The notes under the pieces are model-generated. The model saw only the letters and a list, made by a program, of their open reading frames with translations, was not told the DNA's origin and made no database searches. DNA of 48,634 nucleotides, filler included, from Jimgerdemannia flammicorona (lineage: Eukaryota), in the NCBI GenBank assembly GCA_003990765.1. It is 2 parts of 2 records of this genome, joined end to end, with 100 filler letters (N's around TTAATTAATTAA, not from the genome) between each part and the next. Parts side by side here need not be neighbours in the genome. Positions count along the whole stretch, not along the records: positions 24,374 to 48,634 come from RBNJ01000997.1; 1 more part is not named here. One strand, given 5' to 3'. Both the position numbers and the translations under genes were made by a program. Shown here piece after piece: positions 35,221 through 48,349 of the stretch. Each line of letters begins with the position of its first letter. Position 1 is the stretch's first letter.

Positions 35221-38118
35221 AGATAGAATGATAGTAACATTCAGGTTACACAAACTTCTGATGACTCTCAAGACATACTTTTTGAAGAAAAGGTACTAGC
35301 AATAGAGCAACAGAAAAGTATTCTGAGGTATGTGCTGGGCAGAGCAGTCCTAGTGCATTTGACTGGCAGCATGTGGAGAGGAGTCATGGCTTGGGGAGAA
35401 GTATGTACAGCTTGCTGGCTAGAGGATATTGAAGGAGAGGAGGCAGTACTGGGGGACAGAAAATGAGCTTTGCAGACAAGGTGAAGGGGAATTGTCTGGT
35501 GACTAGACTGAAGGGCTGGCTGAGGAAGAAAAAGAAGATAGTGAGGACTGCTGGATCTGGTGGAGTTGCTTATAGCAGTGAGGGCAGTAGGGTGAGAGAA
35601 GTAGAGGCTGAGAGGAGTGGGGCTGCTGATAGTGAGGGGACTACTAATCTGAAAAAAAATCCAGATATAATGATTGATGGTGGACCTGAACAGGGGGTGA
35701 GCATGAGGCCTGCAGATCTGGCAGATGGTGTAATGGTGCTGCTGATGGCCCCATTACTCAAGAAATCAAGATCTGAGTTTGCCATCATGCTGTGCTTCTG
35801 TGGTCTGGTGGTGACCACAAGGATGATTCTGGAGCTTCTGACCCAGGAGGTGAAGGGTGTGGCCTTAGTGAAGTTCTTGAAGAGTCTCAAAGGAGTGGAG
35901 GTTGGATTCGAGAAGAAGGATGTATTATTGGAGGTGATGAAAAAGAGGGTGGTAGTGAGAGGGGTGGCAATTCCCATGGCCAGGTACTTATACTGGGACC
36001 CCTAGGTAGTGCAGTTAAAAGTGATGGATGTTCTGATAGTGTCAAAGAAGATGGTCAGAAGGCTGAATATAGAGGCCATCAAGAAGTATGGGGAAATTAT
36101 GGATGTTTGGTTTCAGGTCTGAGAAGGCATGGAGTTCAGGATAAGCAATGTGAACATCAGAGTATAGCTGGTGGGCAAGGAGAATATGGGGAGAGTGCAG
36201 GACTAGTCAGCAGTACTTAAGTGGGGACCAGTAGAGTGCAAAGTATTGAGAGTGAAGGAGATATAGGAGAAAGAAGAGAAATTGTTAGAGGTATTGGAAT
36301 ATTTGACTGAGGCTGTTGAGAGGAGGAGACTGGCCTGGAAGAAGTTTGAGCCTAAGACAGTAGTAGAGATCATGAATGGCAAGAAGGTGTAATTGGATTA
36401 GGCAGTCTGGGAGAGGGTATAGGGGAGGCATATTCAGAAGGATCTGCTGGTGAAGCTGGATGGGGGGGTAGCAAGGGGGACCATTACTGAAGATGAGAAA
36501 TCAAGAGTGAGTATATATCTGGGCTGAAGAGAAGGGAGCAGCTCTAGTAGTGGCCTAGAGAGAGGGGGGTAGTACTGGGCTAAGCATTATCATAGAGGAT
36601 GCAGAGATGGTCAAGGGGGAACACTCTCAGTATAGAGTGCCAGGAGGGGCTGCCAGTAAGGATAGGTTGTGCTGAAGAAAGATTAGGATGAGTTGGCAGG
36701 AGGAATGCTGTGGGGGGACAGGTGGAGGGGGGGAAGGAGGTGGCCCAGAGAGTTGAGGAGGGTGGATGAGAAGAAATGGCTATAGAAAATACTTGAGAAC
36801 ATGGCAGCTGAGGAGCTGGGAGGGGAGGACTTTCAGGTTCTGAGTGAGAGGTACTGGGCTGAAATCTTATGTAGTGAGGAGATGCTAAGGAAAATTCGAG
36901 ATGAGATAATGGTGACCCTGCTGGAGGCTGAGGAGTATCAAGTGGATAATACTAGGGAGGAGGTACTTTGAGTGATGGCAAATGACCAGACTACTTATGT
37001 GGGGGCAAAGAAAAGGGCTAGCAAAGTTACAGGTAGTGTATGAGGAGTACTGGATAGAGATAGAGACTGTGGATGGTGTAGATTATCAGGAGATCTTGGC
37101 AGTACTGGATGCTTAGCAGGGGGAGGCAGATGAGCTTGAAGCAGAGAGGAACTTAGATCTTACAAGTGAATAGATAAGTATGGAATTATAGAGTGGACAC
37201 TTCTTAAAAAAAATTATTCAATATGAACAGTATAACTAGAATATTCTCTTTGAATGTCAATGGACTGAGGAATATAATGAGATATCAGAATAGTGTTAGT
37301 TGGATGAAGGAACTAGATACAGATCTTTTTTAATTACAGAACATGGGTTGTGATATGGACTTGGACTTACTGGATTGGACAAGGAAATGGAGAGATATAG
37401 TGGTATGGCAAGGTCAGGTGGGTATTCTGGTTAGGGGGACATTGGAGACATTAGATATTGGGAAGAGGCTGGTGTGAGGAGTATGGAGGAGGCCCCTGAC
37501 TATTGGGTCATACTATTGCCCAGTGGAAAGGGGGGAATAGGTGGATTTGATCCAGGGAATATGAGAGGCTAGTGTTTTGATAGCTATGGGGCTTGACTGT
37601 TTGGGGCATAACTTTAATATAATATATAATAGCAGAATGGACAGAACCAATAGAGGGGAGGGATGAAATATTGGGAGGAGATTGAGAGACTGAGTTCTTT
37701 GGTAGATACTAGGCAACTTGGGTGAAAAGTTCATCCAGTCTATGCTCACTTGATAGCAGGGCTGAAATCAAGAATAGACTGAGTATTGATTGCTGAGTGC
37801 TGGGGTGCAGATGTCTGGAGTGAGATTGAGACAGTCTGGTGTCCTTGATCAGACCACTGGAGCTTACTGGGCAGAGAGAGGATTGGGGGTAGGGGAGATG
37901 GACCTGGACATTGGTGTCTGAATACCTCACTGCTGGGGGATAGTACTCTGTAGAGCAAATGGGTGGTAGAAGTGAGCACTAGGATTGTTAGCTGGTGGGC
38001 ACAGGGGTTAGAGATCGGGGATTATTGGCAGCAAGATCATCTTCTCTGGTAACATTCAGGTTACACAATCTTTTGGCAACACTTTCGACACAGTTTCTAG
38101 AGACAAGCTACTAGTGTC

Positions 38119-40153
38119 ATGGCAACCAACGAGCATCCTGGGGTACATACTGGGCAGGGTAGCCCTGGAGCATTTGAATGGCAGTAAGTGGAGAGAGGCT
38201 CCAGCTTGGGGGGAAGTATGAGGGGCCTGCTGGTGGGAGGGCACAGTGGAGGAGGGGGCGGAGCTGGAGGTCAAGGGTCTGGCTGAGCGAGCTTTGCAGA
38301 GAAGGTGAAGGGGGGTCAATAGAGAGCTGGACTGGAGAGCTGGCTGAGGGGGGGGGAAGGTGCCAGTGAGGGCTACTGGGTGGCAACCTCATGAGGGTAC
38401 CTCTCTGGAGGGCTATAGGGGGGGAGCTGGGGGGGTAGCGGCTGAGGCAGGGACTGCTGATGGGGGTGTGATGGGTGATCTGGAAAAAAATCTGGATGGG
38501 ACTGCTGATGGTGAGCTGAGCAGTGGGAAGGGCATGAGGCCTGGGGACCTGGTGGATGGTGTAATGGGACTGGCGGTGGCTCCATTACTCAAGAAGTCAA
38601 TCTTGGAATTTGCAGTTATGATGTGTTTCCGGGGCTTGGTAGTGATGGCAAAAATGGTTCTGGGGCTGATTGCAAAGCAGATGGGTGGGGCAGCATCTGT
38701 TAAGTTCCTGAAGGGCCTAGAAGGGGTGGAGGTGGGATTTGAGAAGGTTGGGCCACTGGAGGAGGCTTTGAAGGCTGGGATGAAAGTGGGCGAGGTGTGC
38801 ATACCAATGGTGAGATGTCTGTGGTGGGACCCAAGAGTGGTGCAGCTGCTGGTGAATGGAGTTCCCACTGTTACTGCTATAGAGATGAGGAAGAGAGTCG
38901 AGGAGATTATGGCAGAGTATGGGGAGGTAGTCAATAGTGAGTTCAAAGTGTGGGAAGGAACCTCCCTCTGGACAGGAGATGTGGATGTCAGGATTCAGCT
39001 GGCTGGGCAGGAGGCTACTGGGAAGGCTTGGGACTGGCCCTCAGTGATGATGTGGGGGGCTATCTTGTGTAAGGTGGTGAGAGTAAAGGGGAGCGAGGAG
39101 GAGGAGGAGGATTTGCTGGAAGCACTGGAGGAGTTGAGTGGGGCAGTTGAGAGGAGGGCGAAAGCATGGAAGGCATTCGAGGCAGTGATGCATCTTGAGG
39201 TGGTTGGAGGAAAGCGAGTCCACATCAACAAGGAGGTGTGGGAGAGGTCCCAAGGGTGCAGAAGGCAGAGGGAATTGTTGGCGAAAATGGGGGCAGAGGT
39301 GATGAGAAAGGCAAGCAATGGTGCAACCACTGGAGGTGCAGAGGCGAGTGTCTGGGCTACTAGTAGTGGATGGAATGAGGAGGGGGGGCAGGTGGAGGCC
39401 ATGAAGGTGCCGAGCAAAAATCCATATGAAGATGGCACACTGGAGGTTTGGGAGGAAACCTGGGAAGCTTCACCTTCTCCCTCTCTCCTTATCAGAAGGG
39501 GTCCAGTGGCGAAAGGTAGAGTGATGGAGGATGTGCTGATGTGCAGTACTCAGCAGGTACACTTTGGAGTCCCAAATGTAGAGAAGGGGGGATTGGTAGA
39601 GGCGACTGGGGAAGAGGAATTGGTGGATGTCCCAGAGGAGAGATGGAATGAGTCTGCAAGTATAGGGGCAGATACTATGATGTTGGATGGTGGGAGGCCA
39701 GCAACCCCAGGAGGGAAGGAGGTGGGAAACTTGCTCTGGATATGTCAGATGATGAACAACTTAGTGGCAGAAGAGCTGGGAGAAGTCGACCTCTGAGTGA
39801 TGAGCAATGAGCATTGGACAAGGATCCTGCAAGGAAATGGAGTGGTGGCAGCATTGAAGGCAGAAATTCTGGTGGTATACTTGGAGGAGGAGGGGTATGA
39901 GGTAGATAAGGAGAGGGAAGCTGCTCTGGCAGTTGTGGTGGGTGAGCGGGCTGCCCACTGTTGGACTAAGAGGCATCGACTGCAGCTTTGGCAGGAGGCT
40001 TGTTTGGAGTACTGTGAGGAGTTTGAGGAAAAGGAGGATGGGGAGATGGCAGAAATCCTGGCTGAATTGGAGGCTAAGAGGACCAAGGAGGCAGAAGCTA
40101 TTGCTGAGTACAACCTGGATAGGGCACAGGAGAAAGTGGATATGGAGCAGTAG
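38119..40153 (+). pseudogene. LINE C ORF1 (RRM-like core, acidic helical C-terminus)
   Basis: MATNEH...PGAFEWQ start; 478-aa and 118-aa in-frame ORFs split by TGA at 39794; no CCHC knuckle seen. Confidence 0.82.
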
Positions 40154-40184
40154 GGGTTGCATCTGAAACTATATAATTAATCTT

Positions 40185-43100
40185 ATAAATAGTACAACCA
40201 ACATTTTTTCTTTGAATGTGAATGGGTTACAGGGTGCTTATTAATATAAGAATATTTTTACTTGGCTGAAGGGATTGGAGGCTGATCTCTTCCTCTTGCA
40301 GGATGTCAGGTGTGAGGATGACTTGGATAGACTGGAATGGATGAAGGAGTGGGGAGGTGAGGCAGTTTGGAAGGGCAAGGTTGGAATTCTGGTGTGGAAG
40401 GGCAGAGGGGAGATATGGGATGTGCAGAGCTGGGGGGATAGATTGGTCTGGGGAGAGTGGATATGCACAGGTTGGGAGCCAGTCATGGTGGCCTCCTGTT
40501 ACTGCCCTGCAGTACGGGGCAAGTGGGTGAATTGGGTGACAGACCTACAGGAGAGTGGAATTCTTGTGGAGGCTGGGGTAGATGTGCTTGGTGGGGACTT
40601 CAATATGGTCCGAGACATATTGAGGGATAGAACTGATGGGGGATGAGGTGCTGTAGGGCAGAGTGGGGGACTGGCGGCATAGGAGGAAGTGGAAAGACTT
40701 AGTGCTCTGGTGGATACAGGTAGGGAATGTTGGGGGAATAGGAGGGTGTACACACACTGGGCTGGAGGCCTGGGGACAAGGATTGATTGGATTCTGACAG
40801 CCAGCTGCTGGGGTCTGGATGTTTGGAAGTCGCTGGAGGTGGAATGGTGCCCTTGGTCAGATCATTGGGGGCTTTTGGGGCAGGGTCATTTTGGGGGGAG
40901 TGGGGGTGGGCCTGGACATTGATATCTCAATTCCTCCCTATTAGATGATAAGATCCTGTGGGGTAAATGGGCCGAAGACATTCAAATACAGGTGGAGTGT
41001 TGGAGGCAGGGAGGCATGACAGTTGATATATGGTGGATGAGGATGAAGGAGAAGGCCAGGGCCTTCTGGAGTGAGGCTGGTATGGAGGTGGGGAGACAGA
41101 GGAGGTGGCGGGTGCAGTGGGCATCGCATAGATTATCTAGACTCTTGAAGGACTGGGCAAGACTGGTGATGTTGGAGAGAGAGGAGGACTGGTGATCGAC
41201 AAGGCTACAAATGGAGGTGGCTGAACTACAACAGGTGCTGCGTTATAAGGAAGAGGCAAGGGTCCAGGGTCTGGCAGCATGGCTTCGTTGGCAGGGGCTG
41301 GAGGAAGGAGAGCAGCCCTCGAAGTTCCTTACAAGGGCCCTTCAGGCGAGAAGGGTACAGCAAAGGTGGGAGGGGGTGCTTAATGCTGATGGTTCATTGG
41401 TGCATGGGGTACAAGACATTCTTGGATCATTAAAGGAGCACTGGAGTGGATTGTGGAGTGAGGAGGTGGGTGGGGCAGGTGCTGAGGACATTGAACAAGC
41501 TTTGGAGGATTGGTACCCTACTCAAGTGGCTGGGTTGGATGACTTAGTACTGCCAGGAGATCCACCAGGTTCTTGCTGTGACAACCTTGGGTACAGCACC
41601 TGGGGAGGATGGTCTGCTCTGGGACTTCTGGAAAAGGATGGTGGGAGTCCCTGGAATAGTGGGAGAGATGATGGCACTGTGTGATTAGGTTCTACAGACA
41701 GGGAGATGGGTAGGAGAACAGGATCTTGGGTTGGTGACATTGCTTTATAAGAACAAGGGAAACCAAGAGGACTGGAAGAACTGGAGGCTGATTATGCTAC
41801 TGGATATGGACAGAAAGTTGATTACCAAAGTGGTGGTCGCAAGGTTGCAAAAGGTGGCCCAGCAAGTCTTAGGTGAGGAGCAGTGGGGATTTGTTGGAGG
41901 CAGGCTCATCAGGGATGGTACAGTATGGGTACATGGCATTATTGAAGGGGCATGAGCCAGTGGACTGGATGGGCATCTGGTCTTTTTGGACCAGTAGAAG
42001 GCCTATGACAGAGTGCGTCAGGTCTGGTTGGCAAAAGTTTTGGACAGGATTGGGGTCCCATGACCATTCAGAACTACCATGGTCAGCCTACTGGAAGGGA
42101 GTAGGGCGGCACTCATGTGTAATGAACATAGAGGGGTAGCATTTCCCCTGGGTAGGGGAGTGTCCCAAGGGGACCCCCTGTCCCCCATTTTGTATGCTTT
42201 GTCTCTGGAGCCCTTCATGGACAGAATCAGGTGGAAGATAGTGGGGCTCTCTATCTTTGGGATCGGGTGGAAAGTAGGGGCATTTGCAGATGATATGGTG
42301 GTTGGTCTGGGATCAGTTGTGGATGTGAGGGAGCTCAAGGAGATAGTGGAGTGGTATGAGGTGAACTCTGGGGCTAGGCTTAATTGGCATAAGTGCGAAA
42401 TAATGGTGTTAGGCAATAGGCTAGTGGGCGGGGAGATTATTGGTACAATTGTCCCTACAGGTGAGGTGGTACAGTACTTGGGTATCTATCTGTCAGTATA
42501 TGGGTCGATTCTGCCCAGACTTTGGTTGGAGCAGAGGGTTAGCATTTGGGAGGAGGCCCTGCGGAGCTGGGGGGGCCAGCAATTGTCTCTGGCGGGTCGC
42601 ATTTCCATTCTGAATGTCTATTGGCTGCCAAAGGTAGGTATCTGGCTTATCATCTGGACTTCCCAGCTTGGGTGGTGAAGTGATTGATGAAGCTGGCCAA
42701 GGGGTGGATCTGGGCTGGAAGGTAGAGTCAGATCAACTGGGAGGTTCTATCCTTACTAGTGGCAAGTGGGGGACTTGGGCTGGTTGACTTTCCTAAGAGG
42801 CTGCACTGCTTGAGAGCTTGGTGGCTGAAGAGAGTGGTGGAGTTGAGAAGGGGGTGGTTGGGTTCCCCTACTGCAGAAGGTCTGGGAGATGAGGACCTCT
42901 CTGAGAGGTTCAATGGATGATCTCCTAGTGCTTGTGGGTCTTCAGAACTCTGGACAATTACAGTACAAAGGCTTCTGGTGGGGAGTGGCAGAGGGAGTAC
43001 ACCGCATTGGGATTAGGTGGCAGGGAAACAAAGGGGAGGAGACTTGGGACCCAGCAATGTGGCAATGGGACTGAGTGTTACTTGGTGGTATTCTCTTACT

Positions 43101-43830
43101 TGAGTTTGACATTGGTAATGGGATCGAATACCAGCGGGGACCAGGCCAGGATCTGTGGCCTAGCAGTTGGCAGGGTGTAGGAATTGGCGAGGAGTGGGAC
43201 TGGTATAGCATATGGGCCTGGAGTGCCAAAGTGAGGAGGTGGTTGCCACCGAAGTACTGGGTGGTCTGGTGGCATGTGCTGAGGCGAAATGTCATACTCA
43301 ACTTCTGCTCTGGTCACCTTATCGAGGGAGGCTGCTTTGACTGTGAAGAGTGTTATAATGTTGGGCTGGAAGAGGGATATATACAGATGTCTGAACATTG
43401 GCTAGGGGAGTGTGAGGTACTTAGTACCTTTTGGCAGAACATTGGGGATCATCTGGGAGTAGTGTGCAGGAGTGCTGATGTATGGGGGCATTGGGAGGAT
43501 TTAAGGGGTAGACTGGAGGAGGGGGTGGGGAAGGAATGGCTGATGTTAGGGTGGGCTTTAGCCATTTGGGTGGAGCTGGCCAGTCACTGGCTATTTGTTT
43601 TTGAGGATGGGAGGAAACTTGGCTCCGAGATCAGACTGATGAGGTGGCGTAGCCTTATGGAAGACACCTTGACAGGCTGGTGGCTGGGTTGGGGGTTGAA
43701 GGGGGGTCAAAGGTGTCATTTGGTAAAACAAATCTGTAGACAGAGTGGGGGGAGGGTTGGGGTAGTGGGTGCAAAAGTGGTCTTTGTTTATATATGTAAG
43801 AGGAGTGGTACTCCTATGGGGATTGGGTAG
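40185..43830 (+). pseudogene. LINE C ORF2 (APE endonuclease-RT-Cys motif)
   Basis: FSLNVNGL, LLQD, GGDFN, RIDWIL, SDHW, GVSQGDPLSP, AFADD, CFDCEEC; start codon reads ATA. Confidence 0.93.
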
Positions 43831-43889
43831 TGCAAGGATAAACTGTAAAATTATTAATAGACATAATAAATGGCAGAGTCTAAGTGACA

Positions 43890-43923
<34 letters not shown>

Positions 43924-45970
43924 ATTATTGGCAGCAGTTAAAATCTGATGCTCAGCAGTACTGGGGAGAAGCCAGGAGAGAGAGGAGAGCCCAGTGGAGG
44001 CAGAATGTTAGGTGGGCTTCACTAAGGTTGGAGAAACTATTAGAGAGATAGGTGGGGTCTTTTGCAGTATATGAGGAAGGGAACTGGAGGATTCAAAGGA
44101 TCTAGCAGGAGGTGGCTAAACTGAAGGGGCTGCTTAGACAGGAGAAGGAATTACAGGTAAAGGGGTTGGTGGCTTGGCTAAGGTAGTAGAGTTTAGAGGA
44201 GGGAGAGGGGCCTACTAAATTTCTATCAAGGCTGCTGCTGGTAAGGAGGATAAGGCAGTGGTGAAAAGGAGTATTGGATGAGGTAGAGAATATAGTAATA
44301 GGGATACCAAGATCTTGGGCCTACTGTGGTCTTGCTGGGGGTAGCTGTGGAGTGAGGAGAAGGGTGGTGAAGATACTCTAGGTATTGAATGGTAGTTAGA
44401 GGATTGGCACCCAGACCTGGCTACAGGTCTGTGCAGACTTGAAGCTCTGGTGCAAGGAGAGGAGGTGTGTCAGGTCTTTGTAACAATGAGTATGGAGATG
44501 ACTCCTGGGGAGAGTGAGTTGTCTTAGGATTTTTGGAAGAAGATGGCTGGTGTTGAGGTCATACTAGAGGAGATGATATAGATGTGTGATGAAGTTATTA
44601 CCTTAGAGACCTGGATCGGGGGTCAGCATCTGGGGCTTGTAGCTCTATTGTATAAGGACAAGAGAAGAAGGGAGGATTGGAAGAACTGGAGGCCAATTAT
44701 GCTTCTGAATATGGATTGCAAGTTGGTGACAAAGATTTTGGTGGCCAGCCTGCAAGAAGTGGCTCAGAAGGTGTTTGAGGCTGAGCAGAGGGGATTCATT
44801 AGTGGTTTTTTGATTTGAGATGAGATGGTATGGGTTTATGGTATTATTGAGGACACTCAAGTAGCTGGGGTCAATGGTTGACTAGTATTTCTGGATCAAG
44901 AGAAGGCTTATGACAGAGTTTGATATATATGGCTGAAGAGGGTGTTGAAATGAATGGAGGTCCTCCCAGAGTTTAGGAGATTATTGATTGGTCTATTAGA
45001 GAAGAGTTGGGCAGCTATTATGGTGAATGAGCACAGATAAGAGTCCTTCCCCCTAGGCAGAGGAGTGCTACAAGGAGATCCATTGTCACTGATTCTCTAT
45101 ACTCTCTCATTAGAGCCCTTGTTGGATAGGATATGGTGCAAAGTTGGGAGTTTGAATATTTTGAAAGTGAACTGAAAGATTGGGGCCTTTGCTGATGATA
45201 TGGTAGTTGGGCTGGACTCTGTAAAGGATGTGGTAGTACTGAAGAGTGCAGTGGAATGGTATGAGGAGTGCTTAGATACTAGGCTCAACTGGTATAAGTA
45301 TGAGACTCTGGTTCTAGGTAAAGGAATAGTTAGTGACAATATGATCAGAACAGTGGTCTCAGCTAGTAAAGCAGTCTGCTACTTAAGTATTTATTTTTCA
45401 GTATATAGTTCCCTACTGCCTCATGGCTGGTGAGAGTAGTGGCTATCAGTGTGGGAGAATATTCTCTTAAGAAGGAGAGGCTGGTATATCTCTCTAGCAG
45501 AAAGAGTGATGATGCTGAATGTGTACTGGCTGCTAAAGCTATGATATTTGGAGTATCACTTGGACTTTCCAGCATGGATGGTCAAGAGACTGGTAAAGAT
45601 AGCCAGATCATGGATCTGAGTAAAGCAGCAGAGCCAGATTAGCTGGGAGATATTGATATTGCCAGTAGACTCAGGTGGACTGGACCTGGTAGACTTCACC
45701 AAATGTCTGCACTACTTGAGGGTATGGTGGCTGAAGTGAGTGAGTAAATTGAGGGGTTGAGTGTGAGTACCTCTTATGCAGAGAGTGTGGGAGGCTCACT
45801 GCTCTCCCTAAAATATGATAGGTGATATGCTCTCTCTGGTGGCTCTTGAAGGGAGTAGGAAGATGCACTATAGAGGATTCTGGTGAGGAGTGGTGGATGG
45901 TGCCCATTGTATTCATCTCTAGTAGAGAGATGATGAGGGAGAGAAGGAATGGAGACTGCAGATGTGGAGA

Positions 45971-48349
45971 GAACACACTCATATCCTATGGACATACTCA
46001 AACATTACCAGAAATGGTCAATCTATAATTATCCAGATAGCAACCAGATAGCAACCACAATATATAAAATACCCTAGAGATAAGAGTGAATAAACTTCAG
46101 TCCGAAATTGAATCCAAAAAGCAAAAGACAAGCCTGCCTACTACACTTTGAGAGGAACTCTACAGTCACTGCTAGGAGATTGTGAGCAAAGTATTCCTTT
46201 TCCACTCCAGTCCACTTTCTGATACAAAGAATAAGTCCATTTTAGTTCACTTGCCAGATAAGCCTGAAGATTTGCCACCAAAAGTTCAAGGATGAACTTT
46301 GCCGCCATTTGAGTTAACCACTATTCCCAGAGAGCCTGCCATTCTTGCTACAAGCCAGTCTATCTGATGCAACTTTGCAGTGGAGCCAGTCCATCCGATG
46401 TAACCCCATGCAAATGAAGTCAGTCTTTGATGTAACTTGCCAAGAATCCGTGTCACCCAAGTTATTTCCCAGAACCCCACCAATTCAGGAAGAATCCGCG
46501 ACATCCGAGTTATCTGAGTTACTGAATTATCCACCTTCCGAGTCATCTGAGTTGTCCATCTGTTCCCAGTGAGAAGAATCTGCACCAGTATAATTCCCAG
46601 TGAGCGGATTCAGGAGAATCCGTGCCAAATCGAGTTATCTGCCAACCCGCTTATTAAAGAACCTGCCAAAATTGCTGAGATTGTCATGCAGAAATCACAT
46701 ACTTTTGGAGATCGCCAAGCTACACAGAGATCATCACACAGAAATCGTATACTTTTGGAGATCGCTATGCGACACACACACAAATCACTTGCAGATATCC
46801 AGCTTTGACTATTATACCACTAAACACCAAGGACCTCAGAAATCTTAGAACATTTTGTTGCTTTTTGACAAAGTAACTAGGAGCTCAAGCCAAACTACAT
46901 CAACCCCCAATATTGTAATTTGCCTCCATTGAGCCAGGCACATTATATTTGGGGGCTCAACTGGGAAGATTTCAAAATTGATATAACTTTTCAGCTCACA
47001 AGAACCCACAGTCAAACTGGATATATTTGATATAACACCAATCTCTGCCACTACAGGAGAACTAGTTATCACCAGCATCTGGACAGGAAGAGAAGTAATA
47101 ACTTCAAGAATTGCCAACTATGCAGCCTCAGAAGGATCCCAACCAGAACCAGAAGCCAGTACAGCCCAAAATCCCCAACCAGATCAACCAGACAACACAG
47201 GTGACCCTGTTGAAAACTTTGAAAAACTTGCCCAAGAACTAGAAGATCTTATTGCACAAGCATGAAATCCTGCAGCCAGATACCCCACAGCAGTCCCACT
47301 AATCTCATCTATTGAACCTTTACCACCAGCTCTTGCAGAACTGGAACCTGCTCTTTCAAGAATACCTAGACTCATTCTACTTTGTCTAAGGTCCAGAACA
47401 CCATCTTCAAGACACCCAAGTACCCCTATCTCTAGTAACAGTTCAGAAAGTGAATTGGAGTCAGAATCTGAATGAGAATCCAAACCAGAATCAGAATCAG
47501 AAGAAAGTGACAACAAAATGGCCACCTTATTGCCAACCTTTGCAGAATATCCAGAGGAATATCCTAGAGAATTCCTTGATGGAATTGAGGGAATCACAGC
47601 CCTAAGAAACCTCTCAGATAAAAGGAAAATTGCCACCTACAAGACCCAGCTCAGAGAACCAGCCAGGGGAATTTTCCACCAAATGGCAAGAGATCCACAC
47701 TCAGAACTAGCAGCACAAATATAAGCAGCAGAATCTTATGAGCTGGAATATAAAGCTATGGTCTACGGGCTTATCGAAAAATATGCAGGGAACAAAACCT
47801 GCCACAAGGCTCAAGAATCCAGAAGAGAATGTATGCAGTCAGATTCAATGCCACCAATCAAGACATCATAGGTCCAATGACCTTCATGAATGGGATTCCC
47901 CTGAACATTGCCCAGTATATCCACACTCTAGGCATCAGAAGGTCTGAAGAGCAAGTAGATTTAGCCCAAGAATTCTTTGATATCAGACAAGGAACTATCT
48001 GGAGTAACAATGACAAAAAGGATAATAAAGAAGACATCCTGGTCAAAGCCCTACAAGGACTCCTTCAAGGACAAGAAAGATCTGAAGAAAGTAGGCCAGC
48101 CAAAGAAGAAAAGAAGGATAGGAGTGAAATCCAAGACCTTAGTTCCAAGTTGGACTGATTTGTTAGACAGATTGAAAAACTTACTATATACAAAAATCAG
48201 AGTTATCAAGACAACCAAGAATATCCCCTGCAAAGGAATCATGGTTATCCACCAAGAGATAACAGGAACTACCAGCAAGAGGAAAGGAAAGAAGATACCC
48301 TGCCTGAGATAGAGCCCAAGTCAAATGCTTTTATTGTAGATAATTTGGG
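45971..48349 (+). mobile_element. 5' part of a second copy/subfamily of the 10045-20141 gypsy family: LTR ~45971-46947, PBS 46950-46967, gag to the CCHC knuckle
   Basis: U5, PBS TGGGGGCTCAACTGGGAA and gag are inverted homologues of 17480-19900. Confidence 0.92.

Larger units (their letters stand above)
38034..43921 (+). mobile_element. Full-length L1/Tx1-like LINE (LINE C, ~5.9 kb)
   Basis: Perfect 15-bp TSD GGATTATTGGCAGCA (38019-38033 / 43922-43936); ORF1, ORF2, AATAAA at 43865, poly(A) 43892-43920. Confidence 0.96.
35221..45970 (+). mobile_element. Older LINE (LINE B): ORF1 ~35300-37190, ORF2 from 37223; interrupted by LINE C; no 3' end in the window
   Basis: 5' motif GTAACATTCAGGTTACACAA; ORF1 homologous to 38360-39796; MNSITRIFSLNVNG endonuclease start; WKNWRPIMLL and AFADD after 43922. 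Confidence 0.88.
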
